Positions 46,369 to 57,383 of a stretch of 61,591 nt of DNA are shown in pieces. Made by a program: the position numbers and the translations under genes. Position 1 is the first letter of the stretch. Every line of letters begins with the position of its first letter. Under the pieces are notes generated by a model. It ran no database searches. It saw nothing but the letters and a program-made list of their open reading frames with translations, and had not been told where the DNA came from. The stretch spans positions 1 to 61,591 of the forward strand of contig CAJBRY010000657.1 of NCBI GenBank assembly GCA_903958085.1. The letters run 5' to 3'. The stretch is from an uncultured Geobacteraceae bacterium. Its GTDB lineage: Bacteria; Desulfobacterota; Desulfuromonadia; Geobacterales; Pseudopelobacteraceae.

Positions 46369-47654
46369 AAATAGCGCGCTATTTCCTGAAGATGTCGCTC
46401 TGATGCACCACCGTTGTCGCGTATTATTTTAAGACCATTTTGCCCCAAAACCTGCCTTAATGTTTCGTTACCGATTAGAGTGCAAAATATCTCAGGAAGT
46501 TTATCCGCAGACTCAACCCTTATGCCGGCACCGTAATGTTGCACAAGCTCGGCTATCTCTTTAAAATTATTCATATACGGACCATAAATGGTTGGAATGC
46601 CAAGCGATGCCGGTTCCAGCAGATTATGTCCGCCGGTAGGAACTAGGCTGCCGCCTACAAAAGCGAAATTTGACAAGGCATAAAAATCCATCATCTCTCC
46701 GATTGTATTACCCAGGAGCACTTCGCCTCCTTTAAGCTGAACATTTTCAGACATTTTCAAAGTAGAACGCTTTCTATATGACAGGTTCATTCGTTCGAGA
46801 AGCGCAGCCACCTCATTAGTACGTTCGGGATGCCTCGGCACAAGCACTAAAAACAGGTCTTTGGTTTCCCTTATTAATTCGATGTATGCCGCAAGAATGT
46901 ATTCCTCTTCACCCGGATGAGTGCTTGCAGCGGTCATTACAACCAACTCTTTGGGAATAGCGTAGCGCTCTCTAAGTACTGCTCTCTCTTTGTTAGATAC
47001 CGGATGAAAAGGGATGTCATACTTGAGATTCCCAGCCGTCATAGTTCGCTTTTGAGGAGCGCCAATAGCGATGATCCTTTCACAATCGTTTTCGGTTTGC
47101 ATGCAAAGAGCGGAAAAAAGTTTAAGCGAGTGACGGAAGAACCAGGCAAACTTCAAATAACCGCTGTAGGAATGATCCGAAATTCGACCATTCGCAAGTA
47201 TTAGCGGAATCCTGCGACGATTTGCTTCTCTGGTAAAATTCGGCCAGATTTCTGTTTCCATGATAATGATCATTTTCGGCTTGATTGTGTTCAAGGCCAG
47301 TCGAACTGCTGGAAGAAAATCAAAAGGGAAATATATGCAGAGATCTTTTTCGGAATACCCAGATGCTATGCTGCGTCCTGTTTCTGTCGTGTTGGAGATT
47401 AAAATCGCATAGCCTGGATATTTTTTGCGAAGAGCCTTCAGCAGAGGTCTGGCTGCAATGGTTTCTCCGACAGAAACGGCGTGGAGCCAGATCACTGGGC
47501 GATTTTTTATTGGAGCAAGTTCTGTGCTTGGAATATAGCCAAAACGTTCCAGAAAAGCAGGTGGTCTGCCACGACTGACGGAACGATAGAGATGGTAAAG
47601 AATTACCGGAACTAACAAAAAAATGGATAAGATGTTGTAGGCTAAAAAAAACAT
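46365..47654 (-). CDS. waaA: 3-deoxy-D-manno-octulosonic acid (Kdo) transferase
   Basis: IWLHAVSVGE and GGSLVPTGGHNLLEPA blocks. 429 aa. Confidence 0.88.
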   Translation of the reverse strand: MFFLAYNILSIFLLVPVILYHLYRSVSRGRPPAFLERFGYIPSTELAPIKNRPVIWLHAVSVGETIAARPLLKALRKKYPGYAILISNTTETGRSIASGYSEKDLCIYFPFDFLPAVRLALNTIKPKMIIIMETEIWPNFTREANRRRIPLILANGRISDHSYSGYLKFAWFFRHSLKLFSALCMQTENDCERIIAIGAPQKRTMTAGNLKYDIPFHPVSNKERAVLRERYAIPKELVVMTAASTHPGEEEYILAAYIELIRETKDLFLVLVPRHPERTNEVAALLERMNLSYRKRSTLKMSENVQLKGGEVLLGNTIGEMMDFYALSNFAFVGGSLVPTGGHNLLEPASLGIPTIYGPYMNNFKEIAELVQHYGAGIRVESADKLPEIFCTLIGNETLRQVLGQNGLKIIRDNGGASERHLQEIARYL

Positions 47655-47660
47655 GGGGAA

Positions 47661-48344
47661 TTACTTGGTAACTAAGGGGGAATCAACCTGATCAAGCCTC
47701 ATCAGGTAATAGAGAGATACAGCAGTTAGATGAACTACTCCCCACGCCCACAAAGTATCGCTCAGAAAGTGCCCCCCTTGAGTAATACGGGCAACACTCA
47801 TGAGAGTTCCAAAGACTAGACCACCTGCCATCCACCATGCGGCTACTCTTGGTTCGCGGCGTCTATAAACAAAAAATGGGGCGGAGATGTAAAATGCGGC
47901 TGAAGAGTGCCCTGATGGAAATGATCTGCCATTGTGGGCAACACCTTTCTGCCAGGGGTGCAGAAATTCTTTTTTTCCGGCAAACTGGACAATTTCCCTC
48001 GGCCTAGGTCGCCCCCAGTATTCTTTGAAAATTGAATTTATGATCAATCCAGGGCCAAGTAGCAGGAGAATTATAAGAAAAAGTCCCGGTTTTATCCAGT
48101 GGCGACGACTTTGATACATATAACCTGATAATACCGCTAGCAAGCCAATAAAGCCGATAAAAAATGAAGGGATACGATCAAGTTTATATAGAGCTTGCCA
48201 TGGCTGCAAATATCCGACAGGCCATTTTCCGCCAACACAGAAAAGTGCTGATAGCTTAAGATCTGCATTAGTCACTGTAATAAGAATCGTGGCTAGAACG
48301 AGAATGCTTATAGGCAGTATGAAGTCACGTGCTTTTGCAGTCAC
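47661..48344 (-). CDS. PAP2-family membrane phosphatase (LpxE/LpxF-like lipid A phosphatase candidate)
   Basis: PAP2 motifs KEYWGRPRP...PSGHS...SRxxxGxHFxSD (ARITQGGHFLSD). Start proposed at GTG 48344 in GTGA overlap with the lpxL stop. The track start at 48383 is TTG. Confidence 0.7.
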   Translation of the reverse strand: MTAKARDFILPISILVLATILITVTNADLKLSALFCVGGKWPVGYLQPWQALYKLDRIPSFFIGFIGLLAVLSGYMYQSRRHWIKPGLFLIILLLLGPGLIINSIFKEYWGRPRPREIVQFAGKKEFLHPWQKGVAHNGRSFPSGHSSAAFYISAPFFVYRRREPRVAAWWMAGGLVFGTLMSVARITQGGHFLSDTLWAWGVVHLTAVSLYYLMRLDQVDSPLVTK

Positions 48345-49255
48345 AGCAGCTCTCCAGCCCGTTTCCAGCGGCGATGTATCCAATACCAGTCTGCTGGATG
48401 CGCGCAGATAAAGTTTTCAAGATAACGGGACATAGCCTGTATGTCTCGCATTATCCCATCTTCAGTTCGATCTCCGGACATTAAATATTCTGGATAAAAA
48501 GTAAGCACATGACAGTCTGCTCTGCGGTGCAGAAATGTCGGGACTATAGATACACCTGTTTTGCTTGCTATGATGGCTGGAGCCTTGTTGGCCCAGGCTT
48601 TTCTCCCCAGGAATTCAATCAGAATCCCATTATGTTCAAATACCGCCTGATCAATCAACATCCCGACTAAACCATGTTTTCTTATTACGCCGAGAGTCTG
48701 CTTCAAGGCGTTTTCTTTATAAATTACCTTGTTTCCGTACCTTATCCGCATTTTTTCAATAATTGTATTCAGATACGGATTATTCTGTTGACGGGCGATA
48801 GCCCAGACATTCTCGTTGATATGTTTTTTAAAGGATAAAGACATGAGTTCCCAGTTTCCGCAATGCCCTCCAATAAGAACCACTCCATTGCCCCTTTTAC
48901 GGGGAATATGGAAATTTTCAGCATCTTTCACTTCAATCGAGTCGATTATATTGTCGCCTTTCCCATGGTACAGGCGGCACACCTCAACTAGGGATGTTCC
49001 CAGGTTAATAAATGTAGCAAGGGCAATTTCTTCTGCCGTTTCAAATTCACCTGTCCATGAGGGGTGTTTTTTCATAAAAGGAAGAGATTGCTGGATATTA
49101 TCAACAGCAATTTTTCTTCGGGAGTGCAGAATGTTGAATAAAAATATTCCCGTTTTTTTACCGATACTGGCAGTTTTGGAGTTGGGAAGTGCGGCGACCA
49201 CGAGAGTAAATAGATAGAAAAATAATGCCTGAATGAACCAGTTTAATTGCTTCAT
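48341..49255 (-). CDS. lpxL: Lipid A biosynthesis late (lauroyl/myristoyl) acyltransferase
   Basis: LPLAT/HtrB-family size and HCGNWE catalytic motif. ATGA overlap with msbA. Confidence 0.8.
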   Translation of the reverse strand: MKQLNWFIQALFFYLFTLVVAALPNSKTASIGKKTGIFLFNILHSRRKIAVDNIQQSLPFMKKHPSWTGEFETAEEIALATFINLGTSLVEVCRLYHGKGDNIIDSIEVKDAENFHIPRKRGNGVVLIGGHCGNWELMSLSFKKHINENVWAIARQQNNPYLNTIIEKMRIRYGNKVIYKENALKQTLGVIRKHGLVGMLIDQAVFEHNGILIEFLGRKAWANKAPAIIASKTGVSIVPTFLHRRADCHVLTFYPEYLMSGDRTEDGIMRDIQAMSRYLENFICAHPADWYWIHRRWKRAGELL

Positions 49256-51000
49256 GGTTGGTTGTTGTTCCCGTCAGCAGCACGTTCGGAGAACTGTAGA
49301 GAGTGTAAGCGGCTGTAAAGACCACTGTTTTTTATAAGATCGTTATGTGATCCACGCTCAACAATGCACCCGTTCTCAAGTACAATTATCTGGTCAGCAT
49401 GAAGCACAGTTGAGAGTCTATGTGCGATAACAAATGTGGTTCTGTTGACCATCAAGTTGTCCAGAGCCATCTGCACCATTTTTTCACTTTCGGTATCCAG
49501 TGCACTGGTTGCTTCATCAAGAATCAGTATCGGTGCATTTTTCAGCAGTGCTCTGGCAATGCAGATCCTCTGACGTTGGCCACCGGATAACCTGATACCA
49601 CGATCACCGATACGGGTGTTATATCCATCCGGCATTTGGGAAATAAACTCGTGAGCAAAAGCATCTTTTGCAGCAGTGATAACTTCTTCATCCGTTGCAT
49701 CAAATTTGCCGTATCGGATGTTGTTTGCAAGTGTATCGTTAAAAAGGGTAGTTTCCTGATCTACAAGTGCAATTTGTTGAACCAGAGATTGCTTTGTTAC
49801 TGACCTTATATCAGAGCCATCAATAATTATGGCACCTTCCGTGACATCATAGAAACGCGGGATAAGCGATACTAAAGTGGTCTTTCCTCCGCCTGATGGC
49901 CCTACCAGTGCAATGATCTGTTTTCGTTCAGCCCGAAGGGAAACATTTTGCAATACATATTCGTCATTGTAGCGAAAAGATACATTCTGAAACTCAATAA
50001 CCCCTTGAGAAATTTTAAGTGAGCCTGCTTCAGGGGCATCAGCAATTTCCGGCTGCTTGTCGATAATTTCAAAAACCCTTATTGCCGCACCAAGCGATGA
50101 TTGAACATTATTATATCCACCATTAAGGCTTTTTAGTGGTTTATACATCAATATCATAGCCGTAATGAAGGAGAAAAACTCTGTAGACGTCATGATCCCC
50201 CTTAGAACCATGCTTCCTCCAGCCCAGATCACTGCTGCAATTCCAAGCGAGGTAATCATTTCAGTGGTCGGTGCGGAAATGCTGTTGTATTTTATGCTCT
50301 TGCGTATGAGTTCATAAAACTCTTCAGCCACTTTCTGGAAATGTGTTAACGACCGCTCTTCCAGTCCAAAAGCTTTTATAACTTTTATCCCGGAAAACGT
50401 TTCCTGTAGATGGGAGGATAAATCCGCCATTTTAAGCTGACCTTCATTGGCGAGACGCTTGATGCGCTTGCCAATTATTTTTGCCGAATAAGCAGAAATC
50501 GGAATTACAATGAATGCAATAAGGGCCAGCATCCAGTTGCGATAAAACAGTACTCCCAATAATGAAACAGCGGAGATACCGTCGCGGAAAATATTGGTAA
50601 TTACATTGGAAATTCCGTTTTGCATTCCTCCAACATCACTTATTACGCGAGACATCATGCCGCCGGTAGTATTGGTGTTGTAATATTTGAGATCAAGCAC
50701 GATGCTGCTCTTATAGATATCGTTGCGGACATCACGCACCGCCAGTTCTCCCGCTGTGCGCAAGTAATAATCGTTGAGAAAACGGCCACCAGCTCTGAGT
50801 ATGAAAAGCAGGATTACACCGAATGGGAGAAGGGTGAAAATTGTCAGATCTTTTGTCGCAAATATTTTTTTGAGCAGCGGCTCCACCAGATAAGCAAATG
50901 CGCCATCCATCGCGCCAAGAGTTGCAGATGCTATAATTGCAACCAGTATACGAAGCCAATATGGTTTACTGTACTTAATAATTCTGCCCAATGTACTCAT
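49252..51000 (-). CDS. msbA: Lipid A export ABC transporter (permease/ATPase fusion)
   Basis: Six-TM N-terminal domain, Walker A GPSGGGKTT, LSGGQRQR signature, 582 aa, inside the lpx cluster. Confidence 0.85.
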   Translation of the reverse strand: MSTLGRIIKYSKPYWLRILVAIIASATLGAMDGAFAYLVEPLLKKIFATKDLTIFTLLPFGVILLFILRAGGRFLNDYYLRTAGELAVRDVRNDIYKSSIVLDLKYYNTNTTGGMMSRVISDVGGMQNGISNVITNIFRDGISAVSLLGVLFYRNWMLALIAFIVIPISAYSAKIIGKRIKRLANEGQLKMADLSSHLQETFSGIKVIKAFGLEERSLTHFQKVAEEFYELIRKSIKYNSISAPTTEMITSLGIAAVIWAGGSMVLRGIMTSTEFFSFITAMILMYKPLKSLNGGYNNVQSSLGAAIRVFEIIDKQPEIADAPEAGSLKISQGVIEFQNVSFRYNDEYVLQNVSLRAERKQIIALVGPSGGGKTTLVSLIPRFYDVTEGAIIIDGSDIRSVTKQSLVQQIALVDQETTLFNDTLANNIRYGKFDATDEEVITAAKDAFAHEFISQMPDGYNTRIGDRGIRLSGGQRQRICIARALLKNAPILILDEATSALDTESEKMVQMALDNLMVNRTTFVIAHRLSTVLHADQIIVLENGCIVERGSHNDLIKNSGLYSRLHSLQFSERAADGNNNQP

Positions 51001-51001
51001 G

Positions 51002-52195
51002 CTAAATATCCTGTTTTCTGTATATTAGATCGAACGCTAAAGATGCCGTTTTGGTAGCAGCACCACTATTGCCTAGCTTTTCGCGAATATTTGCCAGATT
51101 TGCTATCATTTCTGTGCGATAGGCGTCATCCGTGATGATCTTGTCTATCTCGGCTGAAATCGCCACCGGACTAGCCTGATTCTGAATCAGTTCCTTAACC
51201 AGACCTTTGCCGGCAACAATATTACAAAGACCAATATGTTCAACTTTTACTACACGTTTGGCAACCTCATAAGTAAGAGGTGCCATACGGTAAATAATTA
51301 CCATTGGTGTGCCGATTAAAGCGACCTCCAGTGTTACCGTGCCGGAAACTGATACTATCGCGTCACATGCTCTGGCAAGATCGTGAATTCTTTCACTGGT
51401 AATTTTGGGAGTAATACCCGAATGCTTCAAATATGGCAGTATATCGCTTTTGCTCAGAGTTGATGCCAATGGCAGAACGAACTGCACATCTGGAAAACGT
51501 TTTTTTATTAATTCTGCAGCTTCAAGTATTGAGGGCAAAATCCTCTCTATTTCACTTTTGCGACTGCCGGGGAAAAGACCGATAATTTTTCTTGATGGAT
51601 CCAAACTAAAACTTTCAGCCGCTTCGCTTCGATCCATCCTGACATTAACTAAATCAAGAAGGGGGTTTCCTACAAAAGTAACCGGGACACCAGCTTTTTC
51701 ATATAAAGGGACTTCAAATGGAAATATCACCGCGATCTGACTGACTGTGGCGGCAATGGCCTTTATGCGTCCAGCTTTCCAGGCCCATACTTTGGGGCTG
51801 ATATAGTACAGGACTTTAACCCCCGCTTTTTTTGCTGCCTTTGCCAAACGAAGATTAAATCCGGGGTAATCAATCAGGATTAAAAGATCAGGGGGATCAT
51901 TCTGCAGAATTTTTTTTAGTTTGGAGAATGCAGCAGATATGACAGAGTAATGTTTAAATACCTCAACAAGGCCCATAACCGCAATATCGTTTGAATCTAC
52001 GAGGGTCTCAACGCCGCAAGCCCGCATATTGACGCCACCAATACCGAAAAAATGAAGCAGAGGGTCCAGCAACAGCGCCTTCTTTACCAGATCTGCTCCA
52101 TAAATATCCCCGGAGGCTTCACCGGCGACAATCATGACACGACGGCGGAGAGATGTGTCCGGTGGTGTATCAGAAGCACCACGCATGGGCATCAT
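51002..52195 (-). CDS. lpxB: Lipid-A-disaccharide synthase
   Basis: MIVAGEASGDIYGADL and SGTVTLEVAL blocks. Start proposed at ATG 52195 in ATGA overlap with the lpxA stop. Confidence 0.88.
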   Translation of the reverse strand: MMPMRGASDTPPDTSLRRRVMIVAGEASGDIYGADLVKKALLLDPLLHFFGIGGVNMRACGVETLVDSNDIAVMGLVEVFKHYSVISAAFSKLKKILQNDPPDLLILIDYPGFNLRLAKAAKKAGVKVLYYISPKVWAWKAGRIKAIAATVSQIAVIFPFEVPLYEKAGVPVTFVGNPLLDLVNVRMDRSEAAESFSLDPSRKIIGLFPGSRKSEIERILPSILEAAELIKKRFPDVQFVLPLASTLSKSDILPYLKHSGITPKITSERIHDLARACDAIVSVSGTVTLEVALIGTPMVIIYRMAPLTYEVAKRVVKVEHIGLCNIVAGKGLVKELIQNQASPVAISAEIDKIITDDAYRTEMIANLANIREKLGNSGAATKTASLAFDLIYRKQDI

Positions 52196-52971
52196 CCGCG
52201 GCAAATCCCTCGTTCTGATTTTTCAATAAAAGAGAGCAGATAATCAACTTGCTCGCAGCCTGTTATTTCTGTTTTAATCTGGGCCATCGCCTCGGGCAGT
52301 TTCAAGCCAGCCATGAAGAGCGTCTTATACGCTTTTTTCAATTTGGATATGGTCTCATCTGAAAAACCACGACGCTTGAGACCTATTAGATTCAGACCAC
52401 GAAGTTTGGCATCACGCTTGCCTAAAGTGGCAATTGTGTAGGGAGGAATATCAAGTACAACAAGTGTCCCGCCACCAAGCATTGCATACGCGCCAATTCT
52501 GGCAAATTGGTGTATGGCTACCAGACCGCCAAGGATAACATTGTCCTCAATAGTAACATGGCCGGCCAGTGTGGCAGCATTAGCCATAACCACGCCATTG
52601 CCAATCTTGCAATCGTGCGCAACATGTGAATAAGCCATGAAAAGGTTGCCATTTCCAACAACGGTTTCACCAACACCGGTTACAGTTCCACGGTGAATGG
52701 TTGAAAATTCACGGATAATGTTATTGTCGCCAATGCGAGTCCAGCATTCTTCACCACGGTACTTCAAATCCTGAGGTGCAGGACCGACTGAGGCAAGGTG
52801 ATAAACCTGGTTATTTTCACCAAGTTCAGTCCAGTCTCCTATGAAAGCGTTAGCACCGACAGTCGTACCTTTACCTATTTTTACATGTTTGCCAATGATT
52901 GCATAAGGACCTACCTCAACGTCTGTTGCCAGATTGGCAGTTGAATCAATTATTGCGGTCGGGTGGATCAT
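52192..52971 (-). CDS. lpxA: Acyl-ACP--UDP-N-acetylglucosamine O-acyltransferase
   Basis: MIHPTAIIDSTA start, hexapeptide repeats, 259 aa. Confidence 0.9.
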   Translation of the reverse strand: MIHPTAIIDSTANLATDVEVGPYAIIGKHVKIGKGTTVGANAFIGDWTELGENNQVYHLASVGPAPQDLKYRGEECWTRIGDNNIIREFSTIHRGTVTGVGETVVGNGNLFMAYSHVAHDCKIGNGVVMANAATLAGHVTIEDNVILGGLVAIHQFARIGAYAMLGGGTLVVLDIPPYTIATLGKRDAKLRGLNLIGLKRRGFSDETISKLKKAYKTLFMAGLKLPEAMAQIKTEITGCEQVDYLLSFIEKSERGICRG

Positions 52972-53016
52972 ATTATTTCTCCTAAAATCCCCACATGGAG
53001 AGGGGGAAAGGACTAT

Positions 53017-53466
53017 TTATTTTGTATTTGCTGACTCTGCAAAAGTAGCTTTAAGATCAGCCTCGGTAACCAGAGTTTCTCCGACATAAGCCCTGCCGGC
53101 AACACCCCAGATCCCTCTTTTATTCATCGTTGTCGTTACCTCAATACGCAACTGGTCACCTGGCATAACCGGTTTGCGAAAGCGGGCGTTATCTATCGCA
53201 AGAAAATAGGTTACTTTGCCGCGTGTTGCCTCATCTGAAGCCAGATAAGCCATGATGCATGCCACTTGTGCCATCGCTTCGATGATCAGTACCCCGGGCA
53301 TAACAGGATGCCCCGGAAAATGTCCCGGGAAGAACGGTTCATTTATTGTTACGTTTTTTAAGCCAACGCAACGTTTACCGAGCTCCATCTCAACAATCCG
53401 ATCCACCATAAGAAACGGGTAACGATGCGGAAGGATTTTCATTATTTCATTTACATCTAGTTGCAT
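53017..53466 (-). CDS. fabZ: 3-hydroxyacyl-ACP dehydratase
   Basis: LPHRYPFLMVDRI and FPGHPVMPGVLIIEAMAQ motifs. Confidence 0.92.
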   Translation of the reverse strand: MQLDVNEIMKILPHRYPFLMVDRIVEMELGKRCVGLKNVTINEPFFPGHFPGHPVMPGVLIIEAMAQVACIMAYLASDEATRGKVTYFLAIDNARFRKPVMPGDQLRIEVTTTMNKRGIWGVAGRAYVGETLVTEADLKATFAESANTK

Positions 53467-53467
53467 G

Positions 53468-54520
53468 TTAACGCTCCTGAGTTATCTGGTTCAATTTTTG
53501 TTCTAGCTCTGCAACCCGTTTTTCAAGAGCAGAAACACTCCTCTTCATTTCCGGCAGGCGTGGTACAACCATGGCGGATTTAAGCCATTCCTTGTGTGGC
53601 ATTGTCGGTGTCCCGCTATATGCGGCATTCGCCGCCAAAGAGCTTGGAACACCGGACTGAGCACCAACCAGGACATTGTCACCTATTGTCAGATGACCGG
53701 CAACTCCAACCTGCCCAGCCAGAGTAACGTGATTACCGATCCTGGTGCTTCCTGATATTCCAACCTGTGACACAATCATGCAATCTTCACCGACATGGCA
53801 GTTGTGGGCAATCTGTACCAGATTGTCTAATTTTGTGCCGCGGCAGATACGTGTCTCTTCGATGGCGGCGCGGTCTATACAACTGTTAGCTCCAATTTCC
53901 ACATCATCTTCCAATACAACAATACCGATCTGTGGAATCGGATAATAACCGCTACCATCTGGCGCATAGCCAAAACCATCCGAGCCGATTATTGCTCCTG
54001 GTTGAAGAACACAGCGATTGCCGAGCCTGCATCGTTCTCTGACAACTGCGTTAGCGTGAATCACGCAATCATCACCTATGACGACGTCGTTGTAAAACAC
54101 GGCTCCCGAATAGATAACAGTACGGCTCCCTACCACAACATTATTGCCGATACAAGCTCCAGGAAAAACAGTGCTCCCTTCACCGATTGTTGCCGTATCG
54201 CTTACTATTGCAGATGGCAGAACTCCAAAAGCTGCGGGAGGCTTTGCGTAGAAAAGAGTAAGCAGTTTGGCAAAGCAAAGATAAGGATTGGCGACTTCAA
54301 TAACAGTGCGTCCGTAGCGTTCAGCACCCGGTGACATGAGAACGGCACCAGCGGATGTATCTGCAACCTTGGAAGCATATTTGGGGTTTGCAAGAAATGT
54401 AAGTGCATCAGAACCGGCGGTTTCGATGGTGCCCAGAGCGGTAATTATTGCATCCCCATCTCCCAGCACCACTCCCCCAAGATATTCTGCGATCTCTTTA
54501 ACTGTCTTTGCAAGTATCAT
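53468..54520 (-). CDS. lpxD: UDP-3-O-(3-hydroxyacyl)glucosamine N-acyltransferase
   Basis: 350 aa of hexapeptide repeats, with a C-terminal coiled helix. Position is between skp and fabZ. Confidence 0.88.
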   Translation of the reverse strand: MILAKTVKEIAEYLGGVVLGDGDAIITALGTIETAGSDALTFLANPKYASKVADTSAGAVLMSPGAERYGRTVIEVANPYLCFAKLLTLFYAKPPAAFGVLPSAIVSDTATIGEGSTVFPGACIGNNVVVGSRTVIYSGAVFYNDVVIGDDCVIHANAVVRERCRLGNRCVLQPGAIIGSDGFGYAPDGSGYYPIPQIGIVVLEDDVEIGANSCIDRAAIEETRICRGTKLDNLVQIAHNCHVGEDCMIVSQVGISGSTRIGNHVTLAGQVGVAGHLTIGDNVLVGAQSGVPSSLAANAAYSGTPTMPHKEWLKSAMVVPRLPEMKRSVSALEKRVAELEQKLNQITQER

Positions 54521-54524
54521 GAAA

Positions 54525-55040
54525 TTATTTCTTTCTGTTCGAGTTAAACAGCTTAAGTACTTCCTCTGTTAAATCAGATTTTTCATCCACAAACAGCATG
54601 GTTTCATTTTTCACAAAGATGAAGGCGTATCCCTTTTGGCGGCCATATTCCTGAATCACTTTTTCCATCTCTTCAAGAATTCTGCGGGTTAGCTCTTCGT
54701 CCTTGCCCTGAAGTTCATCCTGAGCATCCTTTGTGAAACGCTGAAAATCCTTCAATTTGTTTTGATAATCCTTTTCTTTGGATGCCCTGGCTGAGTCAGA
54801 GAGAAGCATGCCCTGTTTTTCAAGTTCTTCTTTCAGCTTTTTCAGATCTTCCTGTTTTGTGTTTATCTCGTCCTGATACTTTTTGACTTTTGTTGCCAGC
54901 TGCTCCTTGGCCTCTTTTCCTGCTTCAGAACTGTTTATAGCCCGTTGCATATCGATATAGCCGAGTTTGAGATCAGCTGCAAAGATCGATGTCGATGTTA
55001 AACATAATGCCACTATACCTGCCAGAATTGCCCGTTTCAT
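54525..55040 (-). CDS. skp: OmpH/Skp periplasmic chaperone
   Basis: Signal peptide [23 protein letters not shown]-rich coiled body. Start at ATG 55040 with an AAGGAGA RBS. Confidence 0.8.
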   Translation of the reverse strand: MKRAILAGIVALCLTSTSIFAADLKLGYIDMQRAINSSEAGKEAKEQLATKVKKYQDEINTKQEDLKKLKEELEKQGMLLSDSARASKEKDYQNKLKDFQRFTKDAQDELQGKDEELTRRILEEMEKVIQEYGRQKGYAFIFVKNETMLFVDEKSDLTEEVLKLFNSNRKK

Positions 55041-55094
55041 TGATACTTCTCCTTTATATGTTGTGGAAGTCAAAACCTGAAAACGAAGATTGTT

Positions 55095-57368
55095 TTAAAA
55101 CATACTGCCGATAGAAAATTCAAATCGACCGCTTTTACTGTCGATGTCCTTGCGTGGATTGATCGGAATGCCGTATTCCAGTCGTAAAGGACCCATCGGA
55201 GAGGCCCACCGAATTCCCCCGCCATAGCTCGTAAGCATAGTATCTGCAATTTTAGAGATCGAATTAAAAGAGGTGCCGTAGTCAAAAAAGACGACTCCTT
55301 TAACACCAGCTTCGGAGAGAAGCGGGAAGGTTGTCTCAATATTTCCGGTTATTTCTTTATCACCACCTATGAATACATACGGATTGGTCGGATCAGAAGG
55401 TGAGACGCTTCTTGATTTATATCCGCGTAGTGAAAAAATGCCACCCAGGTAGAATTTTTCATCGATAGGAACCGGTTGGCCAACGTCCATGATGTAGCCG
55501 AGCGTTAACTTGGTAGATCCAATCAGTCTTTTGTAAATGGGGTGGAAGTATGAATGATCCGTTATGAAGCGGGCATACTTGTTGTCTCCACCAAGACCGG
55601 CATATTCAGCTGAAAGCGAGTTTATGAAGCCGATTGAAGGGTCAAGCCGGTAGTTTGTATTGTTGTGAGTTATACTGCTGAAAATTGAACTCGTAGTTGT
55701 TGTACCAAGCGGGTAATTGCCTGGATCTGTATTGTTCAGAGTTTGGTAAGCAGTGCTGGGCTTAAAAATATCTTTAATCTCGTACTTGTACATCATAAAT
55801 GTGCCGATAAAATCGCTGATTGGATAACCCGCCTTGATATCGCCGCCGGTGAGTCGTCTTGTATAGTCAGCATAGTCTCTTTCTGAACGGTAGATGTCAG
55901 CACCAAGAGTCCATTTTGTGTCCATGAAATATGGGTCGGTCAGTCCAAAAGCGTACTGTTGAGACGTTCCGCCAAGTGAAGCTGAAAGATTGGCCTTTAA
56001 CCCCATTCCCAGAAAGTTCGCCTGTTGGACAGAACCCTGGGCGATTAAGCCGTCAAGAGAGCTATAGCCCCCGCCAATGCTGAATGTTCCGGTAGGTTTC
56101 TCCTTGACGTCTACATTAAGAGTCAGCTTGTCACTGGCACTTCCTTTAGCGGTTGCAATGTTAGCCTCTTCAAAAAAACCAAGGTTCATCAGATTCTGCT
56201 TGCTTCTCTTCATGCCGGTGGCACTGTATAACCCGTTTTCGGTGACGCGCATTTCACGACGTATAACCTTGTCACGTGTTTTTGGATTGCCGGCAACATT
56301 GATCCGCTCAATGTAAACCAGCTCTCCTTTTTCAATATCAAAGGTCATATCAACAGTCTTATTCTTGGTGTCGAGACGTGTATGTGGATTGATTGTTGCG
56401 AAGGCATACCCCTTGTCGCCGTAGACATCAGTCAAAAGACCTATGTCATTACGCAATGTGGAGCGGTTGAAAATTTGACCCGGTTCGCACCTCAATTTTT
56501 TACGCAGATCTGCCGCAGGTTCCAACAATTCACCCTTGAAGCCAATTTCACCAATCCTGTACTGGTCTCCTTCGTTGATTACAATGTAGACATCCAGTGA
56601 GTTCTTTGCTTCATTCAGCTTTACTACCGGTTCTGAAACTCTGACATTTACAAAACCGTTGTTAAGGTAATGGTCGGTAATGATCAATGCATCATTTTTA
56701 AGTACATCTTCCTTGTAAGTACCAGCTCCGGTCAGCCAGGACATGAACCATTTTTCCTTCGTTTCAAGCATGGATTGCAGTTTGCTGGTGGTGAACGCTT
56801 TGTTGCCGTCAAGCCTGATGTCTTTAATCAGGATTTTGTTGCCTTCAACAACCTTAAGCGTAATAGTTACATCGCCTGACGAGCTATTCTTAAGCTTGGT
56901 TTCCACATCTGCCAGATAAAAGCCTTCATCTCCATAGGCTTTTTTTACCTTGGCAACGCTTTTGGCAAGATCTTTTGAAGAAAAAATGGAATTCTGCCTA
57001 ATTTCAAGCACTTCCTTTAGCTTGTCTGTTGTAATCTCCTTATTCCCCTCAAACAGAATCTCGCGAACTATCGTTTTTTCCTGAACGGCATAAACCAGCA
57101 CAACACCCTTCTCCGACTCCTCCTTAAGAACCTGCACATCATTAAAGTGTCCAAGTTTGTATATTGCACGAATATCCGCATCCGTTTTATCATTGTAAAT
57201 TATATCACCGGCACGCAACTTTATCACATTAAAAATTGCCGCTGTTTCCACTCGCCGATTACCGTCAATCCTTACTTCCGCCAGTTTCTCACCCTCGGCG
57301 TATACGAGCGTAGAACAACTCGCAAGCGCTAACAGCATGGCAGATATTGTTTCTTTCAGTCTGGGCAC
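55095..57368 (-). CDS. bamA: Outer membrane protein assembly factor BamA
   Basis: 757 aa. POTRA repeats, then a beta-barrel ending ...FEFSIGSMF (C-terminal aromatic residue). GTG start. Confidence 0.9.
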   Translation of the reverse strand: MPRLKETISAMLLALASCSTLVYAEGEKLAEVRIDGNRRVETAAIFNVIKLRAGDIIYNDKTDADIRAIYKLGHFNDVQVLKEESEKGVVLVYAVQEKTIVREILFEGNKEITTDKLKEVLEIRQNSIFSSKDLAKSVAKVKKAYGDEGFYLADVETKLKNSSSGDVTITLKVVEGNKILIKDIRLDGNKAFTTSKLQSMLETKEKWFMSWLTGAGTYKEDVLKNDALIITDHYLNNGFVNVRVSEPVVKLNEAKNSLDVYIVINEGDQYRIGEIGFKGELLEPAADLRKKLRCEPGQIFNRSTLRNDIGLLTDVYGDKGYAFATINPHTRLDTKNKTVDMTFDIEKGELVYIERINVAGNPKTRDKVIRREMRVTENGLYSATGMKRSKQNLMNLGFFEEANIATAKGSASDKLTLNVDVKEKPTGTFSIGGGYSSLDGLIAQGSVQQANFLGMGLKANLSASLGGTSQQYAFGLTDPYFMDTKWTLGADIYRSERDYADYTRRLTGGDIKAGYPISDFIGTFMMYKYEIKDIFKPSTAYQTLNNTDPGNYPLGTTTTSSIFSSITHNNTNYRLDPSIGFINSLSAEYAGLGGDNKYARFITDHSYFHPIYKRLIGSTKLTLGYIMDVGQPVPIDEKFYLGGIFSLRGYKSRSVSPSDPTNPYVFIGGDKEITGNIETTFPLLSEAGVKGVVFFDYGTSFNSISKIADTMLTSYGGGIRWASPMGPLRLEYGIPINPRKDIDSKSGRFEFSIGSMF

Positions 57369-57383
57369 GCTTCCCCCGAATAT

